A DNA stretch of 47,034 bases. It comes from Candidatus Falkowbacteria bacterium CG02_land_8_20_14_3_00_36_14. Lineage in GTDB: Bacteria > Patescibacteriota > Patescibacteriia > Patescibacteriales > UM-FILTER-36-11. The notes beneath the pieces are model-generated. The model searched no databases and had not been told where the DNA came from. It was given only the letters and a program-made list of their open reading frames with translations. Location: assembly GCA_002781265.1 (NCBI GenBank), contig PETS01000105.1, forward strand, positions 1 to 47,034, in the 5' to 3' direction. Positions 9,894 to 18,786 of this stretch are shown one piece after another; the stretch's first letter is position 1, and each line of letters starts with the position of its first letter. The position numbers and the translations under genes were made by a program.

Positions 9894-9916
9894 TATTCGT
9901 ATTGTAAATTTATATT

Positions 9917-10165
9917 ATGCCAGAAGAAATAAAGCCAAACGCTGTATATACCACTAAAGAAACAAGAGAATTGTTAAGGATTTCAACTTCTACGATCAAG
10001 CGTATGCTTAAGAAGGGGCTTTTAAGAGCAAATAAAGTCTGCGGGCATTATCGGATTTTAGGCAAGGAAATACTTAGATTGGTTTCACCAGAAGTGGAAC
10101 AAAAGGCAATAGAATCTTATCTTAATATGAAAAAGAAAGTTGTAGACAAGATTAATAAATGGTAA
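9917..10165 (+). CDS. Excisionase/MerR-like helix-turn-helix DNA-binding protein
   Basis: YTTKETRELLRISTSTIKRMLKKGLLRANKV...YRI matches the excisionase-family HTH pattern. Confidence 0.7.
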   Translation: MPEEIKPNAVYTTKETRELLRISTSTIKRMLKKGLLRANKVCGHYRILGKEILRLVSPEVEQKAIESYLNMKKKVVDKINKW

Positions 10166-10215
10166 GGATCACGGTTCTATTTATATAGAGTTTTTAGTGA
10201 TTTATTTTTAATAAA

Positions 10216-12015
10216 ATGATAATATATAATTTTAAAAATAATAAAATTTTTTCTTTTTTGAAATTAATTTATCGCGGATTCGGCCGATATAAAAAAAGGA
10301 TTGTTTTTCTAACGGTGCTTGGTTTTTTAAGCAGTTTAGCGGGCGGTGTGGGAATAAATGCGCTCATCCCTTTATTTTCATTTGTTACGGGGGAGGGCAC
10401 GAACGGGGATGATTTTATATCGCAGGCCATTACAAAGCTTTTTTCTTTTTCCGGCGTCGCTTTTAATGTAAAGTTTTTATTGGTTTTTGTTTGCCTTTTA
10501 TTTGTCTTAAAAGCCGTATTATTGATTTTAAGTAGTTATGTTAGCGTAAAAATTATCGCCGAGTATGAAGCGCGGACGAGAAGTAATTTATTTAAAATTA
10601 TTTTAAAATCTGATTGGCCGTATTTATTAAAACAAAAATTAGGGCATTTGGAAACAGTATTAATGACAAATGTAAAAAACTGTTCGCTCTTGTTAAATCA
10701 TATAAGCACCATTATAATCACATTGGCAAATTTAGTTGTCTACGCTATTATAGCTATAAATATCTCCGCTTATATAACTTTAATAACTATCGCTTTTAGC
10801 GGGCTTATTTTTGTTTTATTCCATCCTGCTATTAACAAAACGAGGCGTATCGCCTACGAAGAAGAAAAAATTAACCGGGATATCGCCCATCACATAAATG
10901 AGAATATATTGGGGATGAAGACGGTTAAGGCGATGCGGGCGGATCAAAGAATTATAAAATTCGCCCAAGACAGCTTTGGGAAGTTAAAGGATATAAGAAT
11001 AAAAACATATTTATTTTCAACATTGCCCAATGCCCTTATGGAGCCGTTTAGTTTGATTTTTATATGCGTTGTCTTCGCTTTTTTCTATAAAACGCCTGGA
11101 TTCAATCTTGCCGCGCTTGTCGCCGTAATTTATTTAATTAGGCAGATTTTTTCATACGCCCAGCAATTACAGAAATATTTGCTTGGTGCGAGCTCTTTAA
11201 TTCCGTATTTAAGAGGCGTGTTAAATTTTGAAGAGCAGGCCTATAATAATAATGAAAAAAATACCGGCTCTGAAAATTTTAAATTTAACCAAATCCTAGA
11301 GTTTAAAAATATAACTTTTTCTTATAATAATAAAAAAAATATATTGTCCAAAGTTAGTTTTATCATAAAAAAGGGAGAAATGGTCGGTCTTATTGGCCCT
11401 TCGGGGGCTGGCAAAACCACTTTGGTGGATTTGATATTGCGCTTATTTCTACCTCTTGAAGGAGAAATTTTATTAGATGGAAAAAATGCCGGTCAAATAA
11501 ATTTGAACGAGTGGAGAGAAAATATCGGCTATGTATCGCAAGACATGTTTTTAAAAAATGACACTATCGCCAACAATATAAAATTTTACGACGATTCTGT
11601 AACGGAAGAAAATATGGAAACTGCGGCCAAAAAAGCGAATATTTATGATTTTATTTTAAGTTTGCCGCAGAAATTTGAAACAATAATAGGGGAGAGGGGA
11701 ATTGAATTTTCCGTCGGCCAGAGGCAAAGAATTGTTATCGCCCGCGTCTTGGCCCAAAGCCCTGAAATTTTAATACTTGACGAAGCGACCAGCGCTCTTG
11801 ACAATAAGTCGGAAGAGAGAATCCAGAAAGTAATTGAAAATCTTGAGGGAAGATTAACGGTTTTTGTCGTGGCGCATCGCTTATCAACAGTGATTAATTG
11901 TGATAAATTATTAGTATTAGATAAAAGCACTATTGTAGAAGAAGGCCGTCCAAGCGAATTATTAAAAGATAAAGATACTTATTTTTATAAAGCTTATAAT
12001 ATCAGAAATAAATAA
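10216..12015 (+). CDS. ABC transporter, fused permease/ATPase (MsbA-like exporter)
   Basis: N-terminal half has six hydrophobic segments. Walker A GPSGAGKTT, signature FSVGQRQR, Walker B ILILDEATSALD, H-loop VAHRLST. Confidence 0.9.
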   Translation: MIIYNFKNNKIFSFLKLIYRGFGRYKKRIVFLTVLGFLSSLAGGVGINALIPLFSFVTGEGTNGDDFISQAITKLFSFSGVAFNVKFLLVFVCLLFVLKAVLLILSSYVSVKIIAEYEARTRSNLFKIILKSDWPYLLKQKLGHLETVLMTNVKNCSLLLNHISTIIITLANLVVYAIIAINISAYITLITIAFSGLIFVLFHPAINKTRRIAYEEEKINRDIAHHINENILGMKTVKAMRADQRIIKFAQDSFGKLKDIRIKTYLFSTLPNALMEPFSLIFICVVFAFFYKTPGFNLAALVAVIYLIRQIFSYAQQLQKYLLGASSLIPYLRGVLNFEEQAYNNNEKNTGSENFKFNQILEFKNITFSYNNKKNILSKVSFIIKKGEMVGLIGPSGAGKTTLVDLILRLFLPLEGEILLDGKNAGQINLNEWRENIGYVSQDMFLKNDTIANNIKFYDDSVTEENMETAAKKANIYDFILSLPQKFETIIGERGIEFSVGQRQRIVIARVLAQSPEILILDEATSALDNKSEERIQKVIENLEGRLTVFVVAHRLSTVINCDKLLVLDKSTIVEEGRPSELLKDKDTYFYKAYNIRNK

Positions 12016-12022
12016 AAAAAAT

Positions 12023-13024
12023 ATGTCTAACATCAATTGTTTAGAAAATAAAACAGTGTTGATTACCGGTGGAACCGGTTCTTTCGGTAAGAATTTTATT
12101 AAGCATCTGCTTATTAATTCTAAGGCTAAAAAAATTATTGTTTTTAGTCGCGATGAATTAAAGCAATTTAATATGGCAAGGGAGCTTAACGACGAAAGAT
12201 TGAGATTTTTTATCGGAGATGTTCGCGATAAAGATAGATTAATGCGTGCTTTTTACGGAGTTGATATCGTAATTCATGCCGCGGCCTTAAAACAGGTGCC
12301 TACCATTGAGTATAATCCTTTTGAAGCCGTAAAAACTAATATTTTAGGAAGCCAGAATGTTATAGACGCCGCGATTGATCAGGGCGTAGAAAAAGTATTG
12401 TTGATTTCAACAGACAAAGCGGCGCAACCTATTAATCTTTACGGTTCGACTAAACTATGCGCGGAAAAATTATTTATCAGCGGAAACGCTTACTCGGGCG
12501 GAAAAACCAGATTTAGCTGCGTGCGCTATGGAAATGTGATTGGCAGCCGGGGAAGCATTGTGGAAACCTTGGTTAATAAGCCGAAGGGCGAAAAAGTGCT
12601 CATTACCGACGAAAGAATGACCAGATTTTGGCTTATACTTGAGCAGAGCTTTGTACTCGTTTTATTCGCCTTGGATAATATGGTAGGCGGGGAAATTTTT
12701 ATTCCTAAAGTTCCGAGCATGAAAATTATTGATATAATAGACATCATTACTCCTGATTCCATAAGAGAGATTATTGGCATAAGACCGGGAGAAAAAGTGC
12801 ACGAAATGCTTTTAACCCGCGAAGAATCAAGGCACGCGGTTGCGCTTGATAAATATTTTGTCATTATTCCCGAGCATAAAGAAATATTTAACATGGATAA
12901 TTTTAAAAAGTATACGGATAAAGGCGAAGGATTGCCCCAGGATTATTATTTTGCCAGCGATACAAATGAAAATTGGCTGTCGGATGACGACTTTAGAGAA
13001 ATTGTTGAAAATTTAAAAGTATAA
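12023..13024 (+). CDS. pseB: UDP-N-acetylglucosamine 4,6-dehydratase (inverting), PseB/FlaA1 type
   Basis: ITGGTGSFGK, KKIIVFSRDELKQ, RFFIGDVRD, IHAAALKQVP..EYNP, STDKAA.PINLYGSTKLCAEK and VRYGNVIGSRGS are collinear with PseB/FlaA1. Confidence 0.9.
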   Translation: MSNINCLENKTVLITGGTGSFGKNFIKHLLINSKAKKIIVFSRDELKQFNMARELNDERLRFFIGDVRDKDRLMRAFYGVDIVIHAAALKQVPTIEYNPFEAVKTNILGSQNVIDAAIDQGVEKVLLISTDKAAQPINLYGSTKLCAEKLFISGNAYSGGKTRFSCVRYGNVIGSRGSIVETLVNKPKGEKVLITDERMTRFWLILEQSFVLVLFALDNMVGGEIFIPKVPSMKIIDIIDIITPDSIREIIGIRPGEKVHEMLLTREESRHAVALDKYFVIIPEHKEIFNMDNFKKYTDKGEGLPQDYYFASDTNENWLSDDDFREIVENLKV

Positions 13025-13026
13025 AT

Positions 13027-14136
13027 ATGCTTCCTTACGGAAAACAATATATAGACAAAAGCGATATTAGTGAAGTGGTTAAAGTTTTGCAATCGGACTT
13101 TTTAACGCAAGGACCGAAAGTTAAAGAATTTGAAGAAAGTTTGGCAAAATATTGCGGCGCTAAATATGCCGTTGCCTGCGCCAACGGAACCGCCGCTCTC
13201 CATTTAGCTTACTTGGCGGCTGGAATTAAAAAAGGCGACGAAGCGATTACCACGCCCAATACTTTCGCGGCGACAGCCAATATGCTTATGGCAATCGGCG
13301 CCAAGCCGGTTTTTTGCGACATCAGATCAGATACGTATAATATTGACGAAGAAAATATTAAAAAATTCATAACTAAGCGGACAAAAGTGATTGTACAAGT
13401 CCATTTTGCCGGACAATCCTGCGAGATGAAGAAAATAAAAAAAATAGCCAAGAAACATAAACTCATAATCATAGAAGATGCTTGCCACGCTTTAGGCGGA
13501 AAATATGAAGGCGAAAAAATAGGAAGTTGTAAGTATTCAGATATGGCAATATTCAGTTTTCATCCTGTAAAATCAATCACTACCGGCGAGGGCGGAGCCG
13601 TTTTAACCAATAATAAAAAATATTACGAAAAATTATTAAGCTTTCGTTCCCACGGCATTCATAAAGATAAAAACGGTAAAAATGTGATGGTGGAACTGGG
13701 GTATAATTATAGGATAACTGATATTCAATGCGCTTTAGGCATAAGCCAATTAAAAAAATTGGATAAATTTATAAAAGAAAGGCAAAGGGTTGTAAAATGG
13801 TATGAAGAAGAATTAGGCGATTTTAAAAAAATAATATTGCCCAATGTTTTACCCGAAAATTATTCCAGCTGGCATATATATGTAATTAGAACCGCTAAGA
13901 AAAACGATAGGGATAAATTAAAAAAATATTTACAAGACAAAGGCATTGGCGTCAATTTTCATTATCCGGCCGTCTATTCGCACCCCTATTATAGAAATAA
14001 TGGATATAAAAATATTAGATTGAAAAATATGGAAGAATATCATACGACTTGTATAACCTTGCCATGCTATACGCAGTTGGAGAGAAAGGATATTAAATAT
14101 ATTGGAGAAGTTATTAGAGAGTTTTTTAAAAAATAA
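13027..14136 (+). CDS. pseC: DegT/DnrJ/EryC1-family PLP aminotransferase, PseC type
   Basis: LPYGKQYIDKSDISEVVKVLQSDFLTQGPKVKEFE N-terminus; FSFHPVKSITTGEGG (PLP lysine); YNYRITDIQCALGISQLKKL. Confidence 0.85.
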   Translation: MLPYGKQYIDKSDISEVVKVLQSDFLTQGPKVKEFEESLAKYCGAKYAVACANGTAALHLAYLAAGIKKGDEAITTPNTFAATANMLMAIGAKPVFCDIRSDTYNIDEENIKKFITKRTKVIVQVHFAGQSCEMKKIKKIAKKHKLIIIEDACHALGGKYEGEKIGSCKYSDMAIFSFHPVKSITTGEGGAVLTNNKKYYEKLLSFRSHGIHKDKNGKNVMVELGYNYRITDIQCALGISQLKKLDKFIKERQRVVKWYEEELGDFKKIILPNVLPENYSSWHIYVIRTAKKNDRDKLKKYLQDKGIGVNFHYPAVYSHPYYRNNGYKNIRLKNMEEYHTTCITLPCYTQLERKDIKYIGEVIREFFKK

Positions 14137-14158
14137 AAAAATCCGCGGGTGAGATTGT

Positions 14159-14773
14159 TTATTCACCGAGTTGCTTCTTAGAAATATAAAGAAGCATGCC
14201 GGGCACTCCGTTGAATGGACCGGGGCAGGCTTGGCCGTATACTGAAACCAACACTGAACCGTCACTTAAGGAGGTGATGCCGTTTCCGAATACATCAGGA
14301 ACAGCAAGGTTTTGATAAAGATAAATTCCGTGTTTTTTTGTAGAACGAAAATTTGTGACAGTCAGAAGACCATAATTTGTTAAGGTAATACCATAAGTGA
14401 ATGGCTCAATTCTATCGCTTGAGTTATAAAATAATGTTTTTTCGTCCGCAACGGAATAGATGGTTGATTGCCATTCATTTACATCGGCTGATGATTTAAT
14501 CGTGAATATTCTGTTTGTTTTATGTTCCCAAAGTGCGGAATGAATCATTGCCATATCATCGCCATCTGGTGGGAGTAGTATTTTGTCCGTAAGCGACCAT
14601 TTGTCTCCAGTATTTTGCGGCGGGGATAGGACAAAAAAGCTTCTTTCCGGATCACCATTTCTAGGGATCCATAATGTTCCGTTGGGTCCGAAGTTCACGG
14701 TTTGCGTGCGGTTGATATCGCTGTCCCTTAAAACATCCGGAAACAACCGTACCGACTGAATTCCATGTTTCAC
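14159..14773 (-). CDS. Hypothetical protein, downstream part of a frame interrupted by an in-frame TGA; GC-rich relative to neighbours
   Basis: Same frame as ORF 14783-15022, separated only by TGA (14780-14782) and two codons. No Shine-Dalgarno before the GTG at 14773. No domain recognised. Confidence 0.5.
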   Translation of the reverse strand: MKHGIQSVRLFPDVLRDSDINRTQTVNFGPNGTLWIPRNGDPERSFFVLSPPQNTGDKWSLTDKILLPPDGDDMAMIHSALWEHKTNRIFTIKSSADVNEWQSTIYSVADEKTLFYNSSDRIEPFTYGITLTNYGLLTVTNFRSTKKHGIYLYQNLAVPDVFGNGITSLSDGSVLVSVYGQACPGPFNGVPGMLLYISKKQLGE

Positions 14774-14782
14774 CCCGCGAAT

Positions 14783-15022
14783 TCATTCAAAATCAAAGAA
14801 ATGAAGCCCGTCGGGAGTTATCTTGACTTTAGCCATGCAAATTGCCGGCGCATAGTAATCCGCGATAGCGATTAGGTTGTACCCATCTTTCGGAATACTC
14901 GCAATGCCAAGCGGCTGGAAACCGAGAAAAATCGGCTCATTTAATTTTTCCAGTGGAACAGTAATGCTTTTCTCCTGATTGGCGAAGCTTTTCGCCATGT
15001 TGGCTAAGTACTGTGAGTCCAT
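14783..15022 (-). CDS. Hypothetical protein, upstream part of the same interrupted frame
   Basis: Strong SD (aaggaggtaaaat) before ATG 15022. The 79 codons end at TGA, and the frame continues into 14159-14773. Confidence 0.5.
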   Translation of the reverse strand: MDSQYLANMAKSFANQEKSITVPLEKLNEPIFLGFQPLGIASIPKDGYNLIAIADYYAPAICMAKVKITPDGLHFFDFE

Positions 15023-15121
15023 ATTTTACCTCCTTAATTAAAATGGTTATTGGTTTAGCGCTTAATTGCGCGTTTTGAAAAGGTCAAATCTAATAATTTA
15101 ATTTAGCATAAACAACGAAAT

Positions 15122-16123
15122 ATGTCAATAAAATTGGTATTTAAAGAAGAAAACGAAGAGCTGTTTTGGAAATATTGGAATGAAATGGCAAAAAAAGCGA
15201 GCTACAGATATTTCCCGACTAATTTAAAAACTTACAATTACGGCGGTAAAAACGACAAAAGTTTTGTTTACTTAGTGAATAATCAGCTGGCGGCTGGAGT
15301 ATTTTTGCCTATTGAAAAAATTGAAAAATTTTTTATTAATGCGCCGATTTTTAAATTTATGGCGGTCAGTAAAGAAATATTTAAAATAATTAATAAAATA
15401 GCGGTAGAAAATGGGATTAAAAAAATAATGTTTGAGATAGACCCATTGGAAAATTATAGTTATAATTATTTGCAGAAGTATGGTTATTTGGATGCGACCA
15501 TTTTAAGCTATGTAGTTGATTTAACGGTTGATGATTTACTGGCGACTTGCCGAAAAGGATGCCGTAACGACATAAAGTCCATTTTAAAGGATAAAAATTT
15601 TTCCGTATTTTTTATTGATAAAAATAATGCGGATTATAACATCCATAAGGAATACAGAGAACTGCATAAAAAATGCGCCGGCAAAGAAACGAGAGCCAAA
15701 AAAACATTTGACTGGCAGTTTGAAAGATTAAAGGAAGGAAAGGCGGTCTTATTCGGTTTAAAATATAAAAATAAAAATATCGCTTATTCGTATTTTGAAT
15801 TTAATAAGGAAAAGGGTGTTTATTATTCTTCCGCCGATGATCCAGATTACGATAGAATGCATATCTACCATATTTTGATTTATTCAGCCATGGAATATTT
15901 AAAGAAAAAAGGAGTCAAGTTTCTTGATATGGGCCAGCCGGCATCGCCCTCGCCGCAGTTTAATTATTACCCCGACAAAAAACAAATTAACATAGCTTTA
16001 TTTAAGAGGGGATTCGGCGGTGAATTTCGGCCTTTATTCAGGGGTATAAAATATTTTTCAGAAGAAGCATTTAAAAAAGATATTAAAGAGTTTATTGATA
16101 ATTATTTTCAAGCCATAGTATAA
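15122..16123 (+). CDS. FemAB-like / GNAT-fold acyl- or aminoacyl-transferase (tentative)
   Basis: CRKGCRNDIKSILKD and the C-terminal ALFKRGFGGEF resemble the R..IRKA and FK.GFGG signatures of FemAB-type transferases. Weak overall. Confidence 0.4.
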   Translation: MSIKLVFKEENEELFWKYWNEMAKKASYRYFPTNLKTYNYGGKNDKSFVYLVNNQLAAGVFLPIEKIEKFFINAPIFKFMAVSKEIFKIINKIAVENGIKKIMFEIDPLENYSYNYLQKYGYLDATILSYVVDLTVDDLLATCRKGCRNDIKSILKDKNFSVFFIDKNNADYNIHKEYRELHKKCAGKETRAKKTFDWQFERLKEGKAVLFGLKYKNKNIAYSYFEFNKEKGVYYSSADDPDYDRMHIYHILIYSAMEYLKKKGVKFLDMGQPASPSPQFNYYPDKKQINIALFKRGFGGEFRPLFRGIKYFSEEAFKKDIKEFIDNYFQAIV

Positions 16124-16127
16124 CAAT

Positions 16128-17084
16128 ATGAGAAAAGATATTAATATTATCATAATCGGCTTCGGTTCAATCGGCCAAAGGCATTATAGGAATTTAGCGC
16201 AGTTAGGTTATAAAAACATAGCCGCGTTTGATGTTGATAAGAAAAAATTAAGTATTAGCAATATTAAAAGAGTTAATAATCTTAATCCAGAAGTTTTAGA
16301 AAAATTTGATTTAGCTTTTATCTGTAATCCGAACAATTTACATATAAAAACCGCTATTCAGTGCGCTCGGGCGGGCTGCCATTTATTTATAGAAAAACCG
16401 CTTTCGCATAATTTGCGAAAAATAGAAAAATTAGAGAGAATTGTTAAGAAAAAAAAATTGGTAAATATGGTTGCTTGTAATATGAGATTTCATCTTTGCT
16501 TAAAATTTATTAAAAATTATTTAGATAAAAATAAATTAGGGAAAATATACGGCATTTACCACGAGTTTGGCTACTACCTTCCTTATTGGCGTTCCGGAAT
16601 GGATTACAGAAAAAATTATGCTGTTAAAAGATCAACCGGCGGAGGAATTATATTGGACGATATTCATGAGTTTGATTTACTTTTTTGGCTTAATGATTTT
16701 ACAAGAGTTAAGGAATCAAAGTTTATTTTTAATAAAGCTAGCAACTTGGAGCTTTCTACTGAAGATAATTGTATTGCTATTTTTAAATTTAACAATAATA
16801 TTTTAGGATATGTTAAATGCGATTATTTACAGCAGGCTTATTCAAGAAGTTGCAAAATAGTTGGAGAAAAAGGTAATTTAGAATGGGATTTTAATGAAAA
16901 TATTGTTTGGTTAAAAACCAAGGATAAAAATAAAAAACTATTTAAAATAAAGAAATATGATTTAAACAATATGTATATTGCCGAAGTAAAATATTTTTTT
17001 AATATTTTAGATAAAAAAGAAGAATCTTTTAATAATATCAGAACCGCAGTAGAAGTTTTAAAATATTGCGTTAATCGTAAATAG
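16128..17084 (+). CDS. Gfo/Idh/MocA-family NAD(P)-dependent oxidoreductase
   Basis: N-terminal Rossmann IIIIGFGSIGQRHYRNL; EKPL motif (LFIEKPLSH). Confidence 0.75.
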   Translation: MRKDINIIIIGFGSIGQRHYRNLAQLGYKNIAAFDVDKKKLSISNIKRVNNLNPEVLEKFDLAFICNPNNLHIKTAIQCARAGCHLFIEKPLSHNLRKIEKLERIVKKKKLVNMVACNMRFHLCLKFIKNYLDKNKLGKIYGIYHEFGYYLPYWRSGMDYRKNYAVKRSTGGGIILDDIHEFDLLFWLNDFTRVKESKFIFNKASNLELSTEDNCIAIFKFNNNILGYVKCDYLQQAYSRSCKIVGEKGNLEWDFNENIVWLKTKDKNKKLFKIKKYDLNNMYIAEVKYFFNILDKKEESFNNIRTAVEVLKYCVNRK

Positions 17085-17088
17085 AAGT

Positions 17089-17853
17089 ATGAAAAATAAT
17101 TATTTATGTATAATTCAAGCGCGAATTAGTTCAACTCGACTTCCGGGTAAAGTTTTGAAAAAAGTTAACGGTATAACTTTACTTGAGTATGAAATTAAAC
17201 GTGTTAAAAAATCTAAAAAAATAGATAAAATCGTGATTGCCACTTCGGATAAAAAAGTGGATGACATAATAGAGAGGTTTTGTAAAAAAATTAGTATAAA
17301 TTGTTTTCGTGGCTCCGAAGAAGATGTCCTGGATAGATATTATCAATGCGCGCTTAAGTACCCAAAATTTAAAAACATTATTAGGGTAACCGGAGACTGT
17401 CCTTTAATTGATTCGAAAGTAATCGATAAAGTGTTGGTTTTTTTTGAAAAAGGAAAATATGATTATGCAAGCAATGTTTTAGAAGAGACTTATCCGGATG
17501 GTATGGATATAGAAGTATTTTCTAAACCCGCCCTGGAAGACGCTGCAAGAAACGCCATGCTTCTTTCTGAGCGGGAACATGTTACTTTGTATATAAGAAA
17601 TAATAAAAAATTCAAAAAGGGAAGCATTAAGGCAAAAAAAGATTATTCAGGTTTCCGTTTAACTGTTGATAATCAAGATGACTTTGCAATAATAAGATTT
17701 TTAATAAAAAATACTGAGCCGAATGCGAATTTTTTAGATTATATTTCTCTACTGACAAAAAATCCAAAAATAATGTTAAAAAATATGCATATTATTAGGA
17801 ATGAAGGCTTATTAAAGTCGCTAAAAGAAGATAAAATAGTTAAAATTTTTTAA
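17089..17853 (+). CDS. SpsF/FlmC-type cytidylyltransferase (CMP-nonulosonic acid synthetase family)
   Basis: IIQARISSTRLPGKVLKKVNGITLLEY...IVIATSD...DVLDRY...RVTGDCPLID is the SpsF-like CTP_transf_3 pattern. Confidence 0.75.
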   Translation: MKNNYLCIIQARISSTRLPGKVLKKVNGITLLEYEIKRVKKSKKIDKIVIATSDKKVDDIIERFCKKISINCFRGSEEDVLDRYYQCALKYPKFKNIIRVTGDCPLIDSKVIDKVLVFFEKGKYDYASNVLEETYPDGMDIEVFSKPALEDAARNAMLLSEREHVTLYIRNNKKFKKGSIKAKKDYSGFRLTVDNQDDFAIIRFLIKNTEPNANFLDYISLLTKNPKIMLKNMHIIRNEGLLKSLKEDKIVKIF

Positions 17854-18722
17854 AAGCTGAAGCCGATTATTATGCCGCCGGCAATTCCCAGTAACAACGC
17901 GATAATTTCAATTTTAGAAATTTGTTTTATTTCTTTAAAAATAAATAAGCCGATTAAGACCGGGAAAATCATTCCGCTGGCCATAAAAATTGGCTGGATA
18001 ACCATAATCGGGGCGCGCTCAAAAGCACTGTAAGAAAGAAGAAGAGATGTCCATATAAATAATGCGATGCCAAAAGCATTTAGCGATTCTGTTGAATGTA
18101 ATTTATAATTATTTTTCTCTTTTTTAGTTAATTTAAAAATAATAAGAGAACCAATCCATGAAGAAAGATACCAGGAAATCCCGAATCCCGTAAATGATAA
18201 GCCCTCCAAGGCAAAGTAGCGCATAAAAAAGGCGACCAATCCCCAAATAAGAGTGTAAATTGTAATCCAGACAAAAAGTTTTTTGTGCGAATCTTGCTTC
18301 TCAATTTTTCTATTTTTAATAATTAATAGTATAACTGCGCAAATAGTTGATAAAATGCCCAGGAGAAGCAAAGGATTAAGAAATTGCAATTCATTGAGAA
18401 AGATAAAACCAAGGAATAAAGCAAAAATATCACTTATGGGCATGAAAATAGATGATTTGCTTTGGCTTATCTCTATAGCGCGCATATGGCTGGAAAAAGC
18501 TAAGCTATTGAAAAAGCCGAGAATAACTACCAGAAAAATAGCCGGAGAAAAAATAAATTTTTTTGTATACAAAAGCAGGGTAAGTGAAAAAATAACGCAG
18601 AATGTATATATTAAAAATTGTTGTTTGTTTTTTAAAGAAGAGTCAGCTACTTTTTTAAAAAAGACAGGATTTAGGATATTGCCGATAATTATCCTTAAAA
18701 TAACCGCTATTTGCCAAGTCAT
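17850..18722 (-). CDS. EamA/DMT-family membrane transporter
   Basis: 290 aa with about 10 hydrophobic helices in two similar halves. The only minus-strand transporter inside the locus. Confidence 0.6.
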   Translation of the reverse strand: MTWQIAVILRIIIGNILNPVFFKKVADSSLKNKQQFLIYTFCVIFSLTLLLYTKKFIFSPAIFLVVILGFFNSLAFSSHMRAIEISQSKSSIFMPISDIFALFLGFIFLNELQFLNPLLLLGILSTICAVILLIIKNRKIEKQDSHKKLFVWITIYTLIWGLVAFFMRYFALEGLSFTGFGISWYLSSWIGSLIIFKLTKKEKNNYKLHSTESLNAFGIALFIWTSLLLSYSAFERAPIMVIQPIFMASGMIFPVLIGLFIFKEIKQISKIEIIALLLGIAGGIIIGFSF

Positions 18723-18786
18723 AGAAATTTATTGATTTATTGGTTATGACATAATTATATATTAAAAAATAAATTAAACAAGCTTA

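Noticed and set aside
9675-9916. tRNA or other known small RNA genes in the longer intergenic regions (also 37971-38238, 40581-40788, 44243-44403, 46837-47034)
   Set aside because: I saw no cloverleaf-compatible sequence or T-loop GTTCRA motif. The aggtccgg near 44750 does not extend into an SRP-RNA-like domain.
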